A DNA stretch of 64,000 bases from assembly GCA_036785375.1 (NCBI GenBank), contig JAWMAR010000165.1, forward strand, positions 4,588,001 to 4,652,000, given 5' to 3'. This DNA comes from Leucoraja ocellata. Taxonomy: Eukaryota. Shown here piece by piece: positions 36,000 to 47,466 of the stretch. A program made the translations under genes and the position numbers. Below the pieces are notes generated by a model. It was not told the origin of the DNA and searched no databases. It worked only from the letters and a program-made list of their open reading frames with translations. Position 1 is the first letter of the stretch; each line of letters starts with the position of its first letter.

Positions 36000-36500
36000 G
36001 TTAAAAAACAACTGCAGAATCTGGAAATCAGAAATAAAACTGGAGAAGAAAGAGTGCTAGAGCGACTGAGCAGGTCAGACAGAACATGAAGTGTGTTGGA
36101 AAGAACTGCAGGTGCTGGTTTAGATCGAAGGTAGACACAAAATGCTGGAGTAACTCAGCGGGGCCGGCAGCATCACTGAAGTGAAGGAATGGGTGACGTT
36201 TCACGTCGGGACCCTTCTTCAGTCTGAAGAAGTCTGATGCTGCCTGACCTGCTGAGTTACTCCAGTGTTTTGTGTCGAGGCAGAACATGAACATGGATCC
36301 ATGTTCTCCTGGGAAATGGACACTGGCAATCCTGGCCATGGAACCATGTTCTCCAGAGATGTACCTGACCTGTTACTCCAAAACTTTGTGTCTTTTTTGT
36401 AAAGCAGCATTTGAAGTTCCTTGTTTCGACAAGAATAGAGAATTCTGGTGAGCAGATCAAGCAGCAACTATGGAGAGAGGAACAGTTACTGTCACAGGAC
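36000..36500. repeat. Cluster of inverted Penelope pseudo-LTR fragments
   Basis: acccttcttcag-t-ctgaagaag palindrome at ~36211-36232 flanked by inverted gacacaaaatgctggagtaactcagc / gctgagttactccagtgttttgtgtc. Confidence 0.7.
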
Positions 36501-37288
36501 AGCCATCACCCTGTAGCAGAATCGGGATTATTGAAGACTGGATCTCCTTCAACAGCATAGATAGTGGTTCTCTGAACATGTCTCTGTTGCTCTTCTAAAG
36601 ACAGAGTGAAGCCGTTGAAGTTCCAGACCTGATTCCGATCAATGGTTTCTTTTGAAACAAGGTTCTGTTTGTACAGGGAAGCTGTGAATGCATTGCCCTT
36701 GCTCATGACTTCTCTGCTGTCAAACCACGCATCACATCTCCACAAATAGCATGTGCAGCAAGAGTCCTTTGTCCCTGGTTCAGTACACTAGCAGGAAGTC
36801 ACTTCTCTCCTAGACAGTGTTTACAAGAACAAGGAGGCTCTGCGGGTGGTGTAGCTGAAGTAATAATAGGTTTTAAAAATACCCTATACTCTAGAGAGCA
36901 CAAATTTATAGTCTCTGACAAAAGCAAAAACATTAATTATCCAGTAAAGTTTGTAAAGCCATTCAGCCACTTTGTTCCAGATTTATGAACAGAGTTGGAT
37001 TTTAACTCAGGTGATGGGCTGTGAACTCACAGTAGAATTAATACTGTAAGTCTCTAGATTATTAATTCAGAAGTGGAAACACAAGCCACCTTACCCTGCT
37101 GTGGGATGGGCTTGGAGAATGCACGTTCTAATCTTCCGATCCTATTGCACTGGTGATGGATTCAGCAGTAATTCACGATGGTGCTCTTAGTGTTTAAACT
37201 ATCCTCCTGAAAATGGTGTCATGGTTCGATGGAGGGGGGTGATGGAGGCATGTGATCCCTCTGTCGGACAGGCCATTGAAACAAGAGT

Positions 37289-37578
37289 TAAGGGTAATTC
37301 AAGATTTCTCCCAAGTTTCCCCTGATTCGAACTCGGAGAATTACGGTAATAGCCGCTCGTAGGTACTCGGGGCTCTCGTGGCCATTTTTCAACATGTTGA
37401 AATAACTTCACGAGCTTACCGTGTTTTCCGTGTACCTGCCGTTAGATTTATGAGCCGCTAAGAGATGTCCCGAGCTCCGACGTACCCGCTACGTACATTC
37501 TACATACTTACCACAAGTTTGATTTTTTTTTTTAACTCAGGAGAGCTCTTGGGTAAACTCGTAAACACAGGCCCTTTA
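37289..37578. mobile_element. PIF/Harbinger-like MITE
   Basis: Starts taaggg and ends acaggcccttta; central palindrome atttttcaacatgttgaaat shared with 19104-19705. Confidence 0.5.
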
Positions 37579-38739
37579 GGAATGTCATGTTACATTTGTA
37601 CAAGACACCGGTGAGACTGCACCTGGAGTACTGTGTGCAGTTTTAGTTGAGAAGGTTGTTGTGATTAAGCAAGGGAGGGTGCAGAGAAGATTCATAAGGA
37701 TGTTGCTGGGACTCAGTGCAGGGGATATAAGGGGCAACTTTTCAACACAGGGTGGTGGGTATATGGAATAAGGTGCCCGTGGAAGTGGTAGTGGTGGGTA
37801 CAATTTCAAAGTTTAAAACACATTTGGACGGGTTCGTGGATAGGAAAGGTTTGGACATGCAGGCTATTGAAACTGGTTTAGGACAGCAGCTTGGTTGGAA
37901 CAGAGTATGGGGCAAAGGGCCTGTTGCTGTGTTGTTCTTTAAGTTATGTTCCATGATCTGTCTGTGCCCCAGATCGGGCTACACCTTGAGTGAGCTGTCT
38001 CACTGCAAGTCTAACATGGTCTATTCTCAATCACCAGCAAAACCATGGGAGCTGTCTTCCGCAATGTCATCCAGTGGCACAGTTCACTAAAGATTCCTCA
38101 CCCATGCCCAGCTTGAGTTTGGCCAGAATTACTTAGCTCACGACCTTGCTCAAATGTGGACCAAAGGTAATGGTTAATCAACTGTGATAATATGAAACCA
38201 TTGTAAAACCGAAACCAGTTGGCATAAATGAGAAGAGCCAGTGATTGCCAGTCACACCTCACACACAGGGAAATGGTTGTAGTTATTGGAGGCCAATTAT
38301 GCCAGGCCCAGAACATCACCCCAGGCGTTCCTCACTATAGTGTCCTAGACCCAGTCATACTTAGCTCCTCATCAACAACCTTCCTCATGATAAGATCAGA
38401 GCTGGGGTGTTAGCTGAAGATTGCGCAATGATCCATTCCACTTTCACATCAACAGACAAAGCCGTGCATGTCGGCATGCAGCTGGGCCTGGGCAGTGGTC
38501 AGGCATTCACTGATATGTGGCAGTGATCGCTTCAGCAACAGTCAAATCTCCAACCCTAAACGTTCAACAACATTGCTACAACTGAGTCCCCAGGATGTCA
38601 CCATTGAACAGAAACCCAGTTGGATATCCTGCAGTCAATGACTCACCTGATATTCCAAACCCATTGCACCAGCCCAATAAGCGACCAACCACCACCCTTT
38701 CTATCATTAAGTCAATTGGATCAAGTTAGCCATCTGAGT

Positions 38740-39540
38740 ATGCAATCTAACCTTCCATGTGGAACTTTATTATAGGCGTTGCTGGTTCATATAGACACCG
38801 TATATGACCCTGAAAAAAGACAAATTGTTGGAGTAACTCAGTGGGTCAGGGAGCAGCTCCAGAGATCATGCATAAGTGATATTTTGGCTGGGGATCAAAA
38901 GTCACATATCCATGTTTGCCCGATCTGCTGAGTTACTCCAGCATTTAGTGTATTGTTTTATAAACCAGCATCTGCAGTTACTTGTGTCTATGACCCTGAC
39001 CTCATCAGTAGGTGAGTAACCTTCTTGGTTCTTCAATATACTCAATCAAATTTATGAGACATGTTCTCCCACAAATGAAACCATGCCGACTATTGCTAGT
39101 CCCTAATCTAATCCAAATCCACATATATCTTATCCCTCAGAATACTCTCTGGTAACTTGCGTACCACAGATGTCAGGCTCACTGGTATGTTCTTAGGCTT
39201 CTCTTTGCAGCCCATCTTAAATAGAGGCATGACATTCCCCAAACTCCACTCTTCCGGCACATCACCTATGTCAAATGATGATTCATATCTCTCTGCCAGA
39301 ATGCCTGCAATTTCCTCTCTAGCTTCCCACACTTGGACATATTGATCAGGCCCAGGAGATTTATCTAACTTTATAGGCGCGTTATCTACTTCTGTACTAT
39401 AATGCAGACTGCCCTCAAGATATTACCATTAACATTTCCAGCCTTCATGTTTTTCTCCATGATAAAAACAGAGGAGAAAAAACTTATTTAGGGCCTTGCC
39501 CATCCCCTGCGGCTTCACACAGAGATGATCGCTTTGGTAG
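38740..39540 (-). mobile_element. CR1 ORF2 RT fragment with nested Penelope palindrome (~38812-38990)
   Basis: ORF 39108-39332 (WEAREEIAG..GDVPEEW..NVMPLFK..PVSLTSVVRKL). Confidence 0.8.
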
Positions 39541-40351
39541 CAGACGACTTTTTGACCAACCTGGATTTTTGTAGATGATTTCATTGGCTATTAATGCTAC
39601 ATATTTAGCAAATTGTGAATTTCAATTTCTGAGCTTGACTCATGTTAATTTACAATGCCGACTATACTGATTCTTGTTACAAATCTTACTATTTGCGTGC
39701 AATCCATGTGCCATAAAAGGTTCATGTAAAATTCATATAATACAAAGAATTTGTGAATCACTGCATAATATTGAGTGTCCTTAATCTGTTTACGGTACCT
39801 GTTGCATCTGTTTATATTCCTAAAGCCAAGGGCTGTTTTGCCAGATCAGTAGATTATATCATCATTGACTTATTCCACTCTGTGGTCACTTCTATTGGTT
39901 TCACTTCAAAATTCATCACCTGCTGTATAGAGCACATTCCAATGGTTCAATGGTTATTATTGTCACCCGTGCAGAGATACAGAGAAATGCTTGTTCTTCA
40001 TGCTATCCAGTCAAAACATACTGTATATGAGTATAATAGATCCTCTTCCGGAGCCCCAGCAGAGAATTGCCAGATTCTGGCACAATTTTTAAACATCAAT
40101 AAGAGGATGTAAAAAGCTATACAATCACTAGTACAATTTAGACTACAATCACTTCTTTGTTTCAGTAGGTGGTGCCTCCCCACTCACTGTAGGATTAGCT
40201 GTTTCGGATCTGGAGTCACCGGGAGGCCAGGCCATGAATAGGGAATCCAGCTGGGCTTTCTGACAAAACCCATTCGATGGACCAGATTGCACCGGTGGAA
40301 GGAAATGGGCAGTTGATATTTTGGGTTGAGTTTCTGTCTGGGTAGAAGTCA

Positions 40352-40645
40352 AGAGCGGCGCAAATACCTAGAGTTGTTACCTTACTGCACCAAAGACTCG
40401 GGTTCGATCCCAACTACAGCTATTGTCTGCACGGAGTTTGCAGGTTTTTCCTGAGACCGCCAGGGTTTTCTCAGGGTGCTCAGGTTTCCTACCACATTCC
40501 AAAGATGTAGAGATATGTAGCTTAGGTAATTGGCTTAGGTAAAATTGTCCCTAGGATGTAGGATAGTGTTAATGTATGGGTGAATGCTGGACAACAAGGA
40601 CAATGAGGGCTGGCCTGTTTCCATGTTGTATCTCTAAAGTCTAAA
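40352..40645 (+). mobile_element. tRNA-derived SINE (HE1/V-SINE-like)
   Basis: gggttcgatccc B box, central domain, tail ggcctgtttccatgttgtatctctaaagtctaaa. Confidence 0.75.
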
Positions 40646-42057
40646 ATCTTGCATAGATGCTGCTTGGCCTACTGAGTGATTAGATTGCTAGAGAAACTCA
40701 ACAGGTCAGGAACATCTGTAGGCGACTTCCATCCAGGTATTTCCTATAAAGAGATGAAAGGGGAGTGGTGGGATAAGAGCTGGCATGTGGCAGGTGGATC
40801 CTGGTGAGGAAGTGCTAATTGGCGGATTGTCCATTGGGTGAGCGGGGGATGGGGCGAACCCATCGACTGCACACCGTACACTAAATCCCTCCCCCCCCTC
40901 CCCCCTCGTTGCTCACCAATCCCCTCTCTCCGTTGGTCCTTCTATCACAGTCCCTCCTCACTCAGTGCCACTCCTCACTTTCCTTTCCCACCTGATTCCA
41001 GAATTTGCAGCCTTTATCTCACATACATCTCCCAGCTGCCACCACCACCACCTCCCTCCAGCTCTCTCCCCTCTCGTCCATCCAGTTAGATGAAGGGTCT
41101 CAGCCACAAATGTCGACTCTCCATTTCCCTGCACGGATGCTGCCTGATCCGATGAGTTCCTCCAACAGCAATCCTTTATTTTGCCACAGATTCCAACATC
41201 TGTAGTCTTTTGTGCCTCAACGACAGATGCAAATCAGGAATGATTGAAAAATATCATGAAGCTCGAAAAGTTGCCAATTATTGTGTGTAAAACCGTGCCT
41301 TATCCTTGAAAGGTTCCGCCTACTCTCTGTAGCAGTGGGTATAGTGAAAGAGCTGCAGGAAAGGATGACACATAATGAAAAGGGCTGATTAATAAGCACC
41401 TGCATACTGTAGTTTATTTAACAGTGCTTTCTTTGTTAAAATGCTTATGTGAGTTTTCCTTTAGTTAAAGAAGATCTTTACACCGGGATCACTGAGAAGC
41501 CTGCAGCAGGTCTGCTTTCTATGACAGCTTGAACCAGCTCCAAAGAAGTGATTTGTTTAACGTTGCAATTTCTGCTTTTCCAGCTGCAGTTCCAATTCCT
41601 TTGCTCCTTCAAGCAGACGGGGCCTTGTCTATCAATGGGCTCAGATCCTGGCAATACCAATTGTTTGCCTACCGTTGTAAACTGGGACACATTCCAGCCC
41701 TTGTATCAAGGACTTCACATTTTTTAAAGTAATGCTGACAGGGTTCAGCTCTGGAATAAAGTTCACATAATGAGATGGATTTTCTGTTCCCACGGTAGCA
41801 CGCTTTAAACTCAATGCATCACACAAACAATATCAGCTTATTGTCGGCATTGATCAGGCGTGCCCCAGTGATGGAGCTGACGGTAACAGGTATCAAGGCA
41901 CCAGGAGCAACAAGTTGACTCAGACCCAGACCTCTGTTGGCAAAACTCATTGAGAGAGTTCAACATCTGAACGTTATCCTCAGGAGAATGAGCAGCCTGA
42001 TGGTTAACTGACGGGACCAGGATGTCTGTAACTTGCCTTTCACCTACTTGAGGTGCA

Positions 42058-42153
42058 TCTGAAGAAGGGAACCCAACCCAAAGCGTCACCTATCCATGTT
42101 CTCCAGAGATGCTGTCTGACCTGCTGAGTTACTCCAGCACTTTGTGTCCTTTT
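42058..42153 (+). repeat. Penelope pseudo-LTR fragment
   Basis: ctgaagaaggg..cccaaagcgtcacctatccatgttctccagagatgctg. Confidence 0.7.
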
Positions 42154-43076
42154 CTCAGGTGTGTTGACCCCTGGCACAGGGTGTTGCCTGGGGTTAAACA
42201 GAGATCGACTCTTTGTTAAATCTATTTCCAGGGCACAAACATATTGCACTTTGACCAGGATTGCTTTACCCAACAAAGTCAGGGTCATGATCACTCAGCT
42301 TCTTGGTCTCTAGACCATTTCTGGCTGCTGCCTGGAGTGTAACAGGATGCCCTAGGGTAGAGCAGCAGAATCTTCCCTGTACCACAGCCCTAAACCATGG
42401 CCATCAACCAGCCCCTGTGAATACCATTCTCACACCAACCTTGTTCTCCTCTCCCCACACTCCCATCAACTAAACGCCCCACAGATTTTACACCTCACCT
42501 CCACACTGAGGGATTCCCATAATAGCCAATTAACCCACCAACATGCATGTCTTTCAGATATGGAACAAATTGGAGCAGCTGAGAAAACGCCACAGGGTCA
42601 CAGAGAGACCATGCAAACTCCACACAGGCAGCATTTAACCTGAAATTTCAATTTAATGCAGGAGGCAAACCAACATGAATAAGGATTGAACGTAGAATGA
42701 CTCAGGTTTAATTCTGATGCTGTACTATGGGTTGAAATATCGACCACTCCTCCCAGGGGCTGCTCAATCCATTGAGTTCTTACATCAGTGGGTTTGAATC
42801 TCCTATTAGTTCTGTATTATGTGTGTGGATCAGGCAGTGAGCTTTTGTGTACACTGTGATAGGGACAAATGGCTGTGGTTTAGGATAGTTTGGGTAATGT
42901 GTAGGTTGCCGTTAGCATCAGTCATGCACACTGCAACACGTCCTAGATTATGCACTGTCTAGTAAATTTATAGATACAGCATGGGCATCAATTATACCGG
43001 TGGCCAAGAAGAGCAAGGTGACGTGCCTCAACTATCGACCAGTGGCACTAACGTCGGTGGTGATGAAGTGCTTTGA

Positions 43077-43130
43077 GTGGTGGAAGATTGCAACCTTCAC
43101 GTGGTCCGCCCTGTTTCGACTAATGCAAAC
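43077..43130 (+). ncRNA. Minimal (54-nt) HDV/CPEB3-like ribozyme
   Basis: P1 GUGGUGG/CCGCCCU; P2 GAUUGCA/UGCAAAC; P3 ACC/GGU; L3 UUCACGU; G; P4 U-UUCG-A; J4/2 CUAA with putative catalytic C43120. Confidence 0.8.
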
Positions 43131-43211
43131 AACTCGACGTGTACAAATGGAAGATCAAATAGAATAAGTTGTCCAACAACCTTAGGATGTGCACGCCACA
43201 CGAAAGAAGAA
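43077..43211 (+). mobile_element. ~135-bp short retroposon headed by a minimal HDV-like ribozyme (family 2, copy 1)
   Basis: TSD GAAGTGCTTT at 43065-43074 and 43212-43221; tail acgaaagaagaa; homologous over its full length to 45612-45749. Confidence 0.85.
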
Positions 43212-43226
43212 GAAGTGCTTTAGAGG

Positions 43227-44075
43227 TTGATCATGGCGCAAATCAACTCCTACCTCGACAAAAACCTGGGCCCACTGCAGTTCGCTTACCGCCACTACAG
43301 ATCAATGGTGGATGCGATATCTATGGCTCTCCACTCTGCTCTGGACCACTTGGACAACAAAAACTCATATGTCAGGCTGTTAGTCATTGATTACAGCTCA
43401 GCATTTAATACAATCATCCCCTTCAAGCTGGTTACCAAGATCACAGATCTAGGTCTCTGCGCATCCCTCTGCAATTGGATCCTCGACCGCCTCATTCACA
43501 GACCACGGACTGTTCGTATTGGTGGAAATGTGTCAGCCTCAATAAGAATCGGCACGGGAGCACCTCAAGGTTGCGTGCTCAGCCTCCTGCTGTACTCACT
43601 CTATACTCATGACTGCGTAGCCAGTCATAGTGCGAACTGCATCATCAAGTTTGCTGACAACACCACTGTTGTGGGACGTATCACTGATGGGGACGAGTCA
43701 GAGTATAGAAGAGAGATGGACAGATTGACCATATGGTGCCAGTACAATAACCTGGCCCTCAACACCAGCAAAACCAAGGAACTGATTGTGGACTTTGGAA
43801 GGGGTAGGATGGGGACCCACAGTCCCGTTTATATCAATGGGTCGATGCTAGAGAGGTTCAAGAGCTTCAAATTCCGGGGCGTGCATATTTCTGAAGATCT
43901 CTCCTGGTCCGAGAACACTGATGCAATTATAAAGAAAGCACATCAGCTCCTCTACTTCCTGAGAAGATTCGGTATGAGAGTCGGTATGTCAAGGAGGAGT
44001 CTCTCTAACTTCTACAGGTGCACAGTAGAAAGCATGCTGACTTTGGTTGCATCGTGGCTTGGTTCGGCAACTTGA
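43227..44075 (+). pseudogene. Rex1-type reverse transcriptase fragment (catalytic FADD reads FADN)
   Basis: LQFAYR, IDYSSAFNTI, GAPQGCVLS.LLYSLYTHDC, KFADNTT, LNTSKTKELIVDF. Confidence 0.88.
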
Positions 44076-44541
44076 GCGCCCAGGAGCAGAAAAGACTACA
44101 AGAAGCAATAAACACTGCCCAGTCCATCATCAGCTCTGACCTCCCTACCATCGAGGAGATCAATTGCAGTCGCTGCCTCAAAAAGGCTGGCAGCACCATC
44201 AAGGACCCACACCATCCTGGCTACACACTCATCTCCCCGCTTCTTCAGGTAGAAGGTACAGGAGCCTGAAGACTGCAACAACCAGGTTCAGGAATAGCTA
44301 CTACCCCACAGCCTTTAAGCTATTAAACTCAAATGAAATAAAACTCTGAACATTAATAGACCATTATCTGTTTATTTGTACCTTATCTGTTTATTTATTC
44401 ATGTGTGTACATATTTATATAATGGTATATGGACACACTGATCTGTTCTGTATTCATGCCTACTATATTCTTTTGTGCTGAAGCAAAGTAAGAATTTCAT
44501 TGTCCTATCTGGGACACATGACAATAAACTCTCTTGAATCT

Positions 44542-45352
44542 TGAAACAAGCCCTTTGGGCCTCCAAGTCCATGCCGAGCATAGATCACCCGTTCACATTA
44601 GTTCTATGTTATCCCACTTTTCCACTCCCTACACACTTGGGGTAACATACAGAGGCCAATTAACCAACAAACCAATGTGAACAATTTTGGGCACCATATC
44701 TGAGGAAGGATGTACTGGCTCTGGAGAAGGTCCAGAGGACGTTTACAAGAAGAATCCCAGGAATGAGTGGGTAACATATGATGAGCATTTGACGGCACTG
44801 TGCCTGTACTCACTGGAGTTTAGAAGAATGAGGGGGACCTCATTGAAACATACCGTATAGTGAAAGGCTTGGATAGGGTGGAGGATGAGGGTCTGGGACC
44901 AGAGGTCATAGCCTCAAAATTAAATGATGTTCCTTTAGGAAGTAGATGGGGAAGAATTTCTTTAGTTAGAGGGTGGTGAATCTGGTGAATTATTTGCCAC
45001 AGATGGCTGTAGAGGCAAAATCAATGGATATTTTTAAGGCAGATTCTTGATTAGTACGGGTGTCAGGGGTTATGGGGAGAAGGCAGGAGCATGGAGTTAG
45101 GAGGGAGAGATAGATCAGCCAAGATTGAATGGCGGAGTAGACTTGATGGGCTGAATGGTCAAATTAGGCTCCTATCACTTATGACCTTATGAAACCCACA
45201 CATTTGGGATATGAGAGAAAACCGAGCACCCCGAGGAAACCCATGTGGTCACAGGGAGAATGTGCAAACTCCACCCAGACAGCACCTGAGGTCAGGATCG
45301 AACCTGGGTCGCTGGCGCAGTGAGGCAATTGTACTACCAGCTGCACCACTGT
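44542..45352 (-). mobile_element. HE1/V-SINE-like SINE split by a plus-strand CR1 3' fragment (~44678-45192)
   Basis: SINE tail at 44542-44672 and tRNA head at 45193-45352 (gggttcgatcc on the minus strand), with CR1 between them. Confidence 0.75.
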
Positions 45353-45611
45353 AATGATATTGACTAGAACCTTTCTGGGGTCCTCAACTTGTCAAATGTT
45401 AAGACCTTTCTGTTATAATATCTACCACCATCCCTTTAGAGAGATTATACTGTATCAATCTATAGTTCAAAGACAAATTTACTTACTACCTGAGTGAGTT
45501 TAGGTGTGAATAATCACTGTCTTGAGCGGCGGGTCCTCATTCCCAACCAAGGAGGAAATACTTCCAGATAACAAAGCAAGTTTAATTCTGAAGAGTAATT
45601 TCTGATGGGAT

Positions 45612-45749
45612 CTTCTTCTTGCGTCTGGCGTACACAGCTTAAAGTTGTAGGACAACTTGTTCCATCTGATCTTATCTGATTGTGCATGCCAGATTGATTG
45701 CATTTGTCGAAACAGGGCAGACCACGTGAAGCTTGCAATCTTCCACCCC
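45612..45749 (-). mobile_element. ~138-bp short retroposon headed by a minimal HDV-like ribozyme (family 2, copy 2)
   Basis: TSD T(C/T)TGATGGGAT at 45601-45611 and 45750-45760; minus-strand tail acgcaagaagaag. Confidence 0.85.
45696..45749 (-). ncRNA. Minimal (54-nt) HDV/CPEB3-like ribozyme
   Basis: Minus strand GGGGUGG AA GAUUGCA AGC UUCACGU GGU CUGCCCU G UUUCGA CAAA UGCAAUC; perfect P2, fully paired P1 with G1.U, one G.G mismatch in P3; putative catalytic C at 45706. Confidence 0.8.
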
Positions 45750-45849
45750 TTTGATGGGATTATAGTTTACAAAAGATCTCCAAATCACAGTACAATTCAT
45801 ATACTAGAAAAACATCCCAATGAGTTGCATACAAACAAATTGTTGGCTT

Positions 45850-46290
45850 GACTTGGAGTTTAGAAGGATGAGAGGGTATCTCGTTGAAACATATAAGATT
45901 GTTAAGGGTTTGGACACGCTAGAGGCAGGAAACATTTTCCCGATGTTGGGGGAGTCCAGAACCAGGGGCCACAGTTTAAGAATAAGGAGTAAGCCATATA
46001 GAATGGAAACGAGGAAACACTTTTTCTCACAGAGAGTGGCAAGTCAGTGGAATTCTCTGCCTCAGAGGGCAGTGGAGGCGGGTTCTCTGGATGCTTTCAA
46101 GAGAGAGCTAGATAAGGCTCTTAAAAATTGTGGAGTCAGGAGATATGGGGAGAAGGCAGGAACGGGGATGATTGGGGATGATCAGCCATGATCACATTGA
46201 ATGGCGGTGCTGGCTCGAAGGGCTGAATGACCTACTCCTGCACCTATTGTCTATTGTCTATTGACTATTGACTATTGTCTATTGACTATG
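45850..46290 (+). mobile_element. CR1 3' fragment with (CTATTGT/A)n tail
   Basis: ORF 45820-46191 (LEFRRMRG.LVETYKIVKGLD..TRGHSLRIR) and a heptamer tail. Confidence 0.85.
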
Positions 46291-46915
46291 TTATTGGACT
46301 TTTTATCTCTAAGCTACAAACAGAGCAGATGTACCTTCTGACAACAATATAATCTATGGCCCATCAGCCAGAGAAAGAAAGCCTTGTGATTACGTAGCTC
46401 TTTTCTCAGCTTCAGTATTCTGGGCAATGCTGTGCAACTCTAATGAGGTATGTATGAATCGTCTTCTTCAACAATCCTTGGGGCCAAAAATAACCAGTTT
46501 CCACTCTGGTTGCATGGCTCTTGAGGTGATTGATAAGCCTGACGTTTAAGAAGGAACCGATGTGTGACCCCTAGACGGAACAGGCGATTTCTGCAGGAGG
46601 GCGGGTGGAGGGGGGGGGGTACCTGCTGCAGCTGAGAGAATAAGAGAAGATCTTGGTACATGCCACTGCTACTGGGAAGTCAGCAATGCGGCAGATCGCA
46701 TTGACGGGCCATCGCCTGGTCCTCTGAAGCCTTGTTCCATGAAAGAATTTCTTTATAAATCTGGTGACAAGTAGCATGATGGTGACCCAGCAACAACTTG
46801 GCGAGGTTCGGAGGTGAGAATGGGCCCCCAGAGTGAGGTCAGCAGAAGGTCGTCCCTCAGAACTTCGAGCTTTACAACGATGACAGCTGAGGACAACCGA
46901 GCTTGTGAAGACTTT

Positions 46916-47466
46916 AAAGGTAGACAAACATGCTGGAGAAACTTAGCAGGTGAGGCAGCATCTATGGAGCGAAGGAATAGGTGATGTTTCGGGTTGAGAC
47001 CCTTCTTCAGCCTGATGTCGTTGGGGGGGGGGGGGGGGGGGTGGGGTGGATGGGGGGGGGGGGGAGGAAGAAAGGAAGAGGCGGAGGCAGTGGGCTTTGG
47101 GAGAGCTGGGAAGACGAGGGGAAAGAGGAAGAATGCAAAGACCACCTGGAATTGGAGAAGTCTATGTTCATACCGCTGGGGTGTAGACTACCCAAGCGAA
47201 ATATGAGGTGCTGCTCCTGCAAATTACGGTGCAACTCACTCTGGCCAACAAGGCCCAGGACAGAAAGGTTGGATTCGGAATGGGAGGGGGAGTTGAAGTG
47301 CTGAGCCACCGGGAGTTCGGGTTGGTTATTGCGAACTGAGCAGAGGTTTTGGGCGAAGCGATCACCAAGCCTACGCTTGGTCTTATCGATGTAGAGCAGC
47401 TGACACCTAGAGCAGCGGATGCAATAGATGAGGTTGGAGGAGGTGCAGGTGAACCTCTGCCGCACC
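46916..47466 (-). mobile_element. Penelope-like element 3' fragment with GIY-YIG endonuclease
   Basis: ORF 47007-47465 FTCTSSNLIYCIRCSRCQLLYIDKTKRRLGDRF..PVAQHFN..EQHLIFRLGSLHPSGMN; flanked by the 10-bp direct repeat TGAAGACTTT (46906-46915, 47467-47476). Confidence 0.9.

Larger units (their letters stand above)
42985..44545 (+). mobile_element. Rex1/Babar-clade LINE, 5'-truncated
   Basis: RT ORF 43227-44075; 3' UTR ending aataaactctcttgaatcttgaa; interrupted at 43077-43211. Confidence 0.85.

Noticed and set aside
43096-43102. The CPEB3 ribozyme itself (identical L3 loop UUCACGU)
   Set aside because: The stems differ, the motif sits in TSD-flanked repeats present twice, and no CPEB3 exon is visible; this is a shared fold, not orthology
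47023-47064. Long G/C homopolymers (also ~54494-54514 and ~57447-57473) as functional G-quadruplexes
   Set aside because: At least two lie in or beside repeat remnants, and homopolymer length is error-prone; nothing supports function
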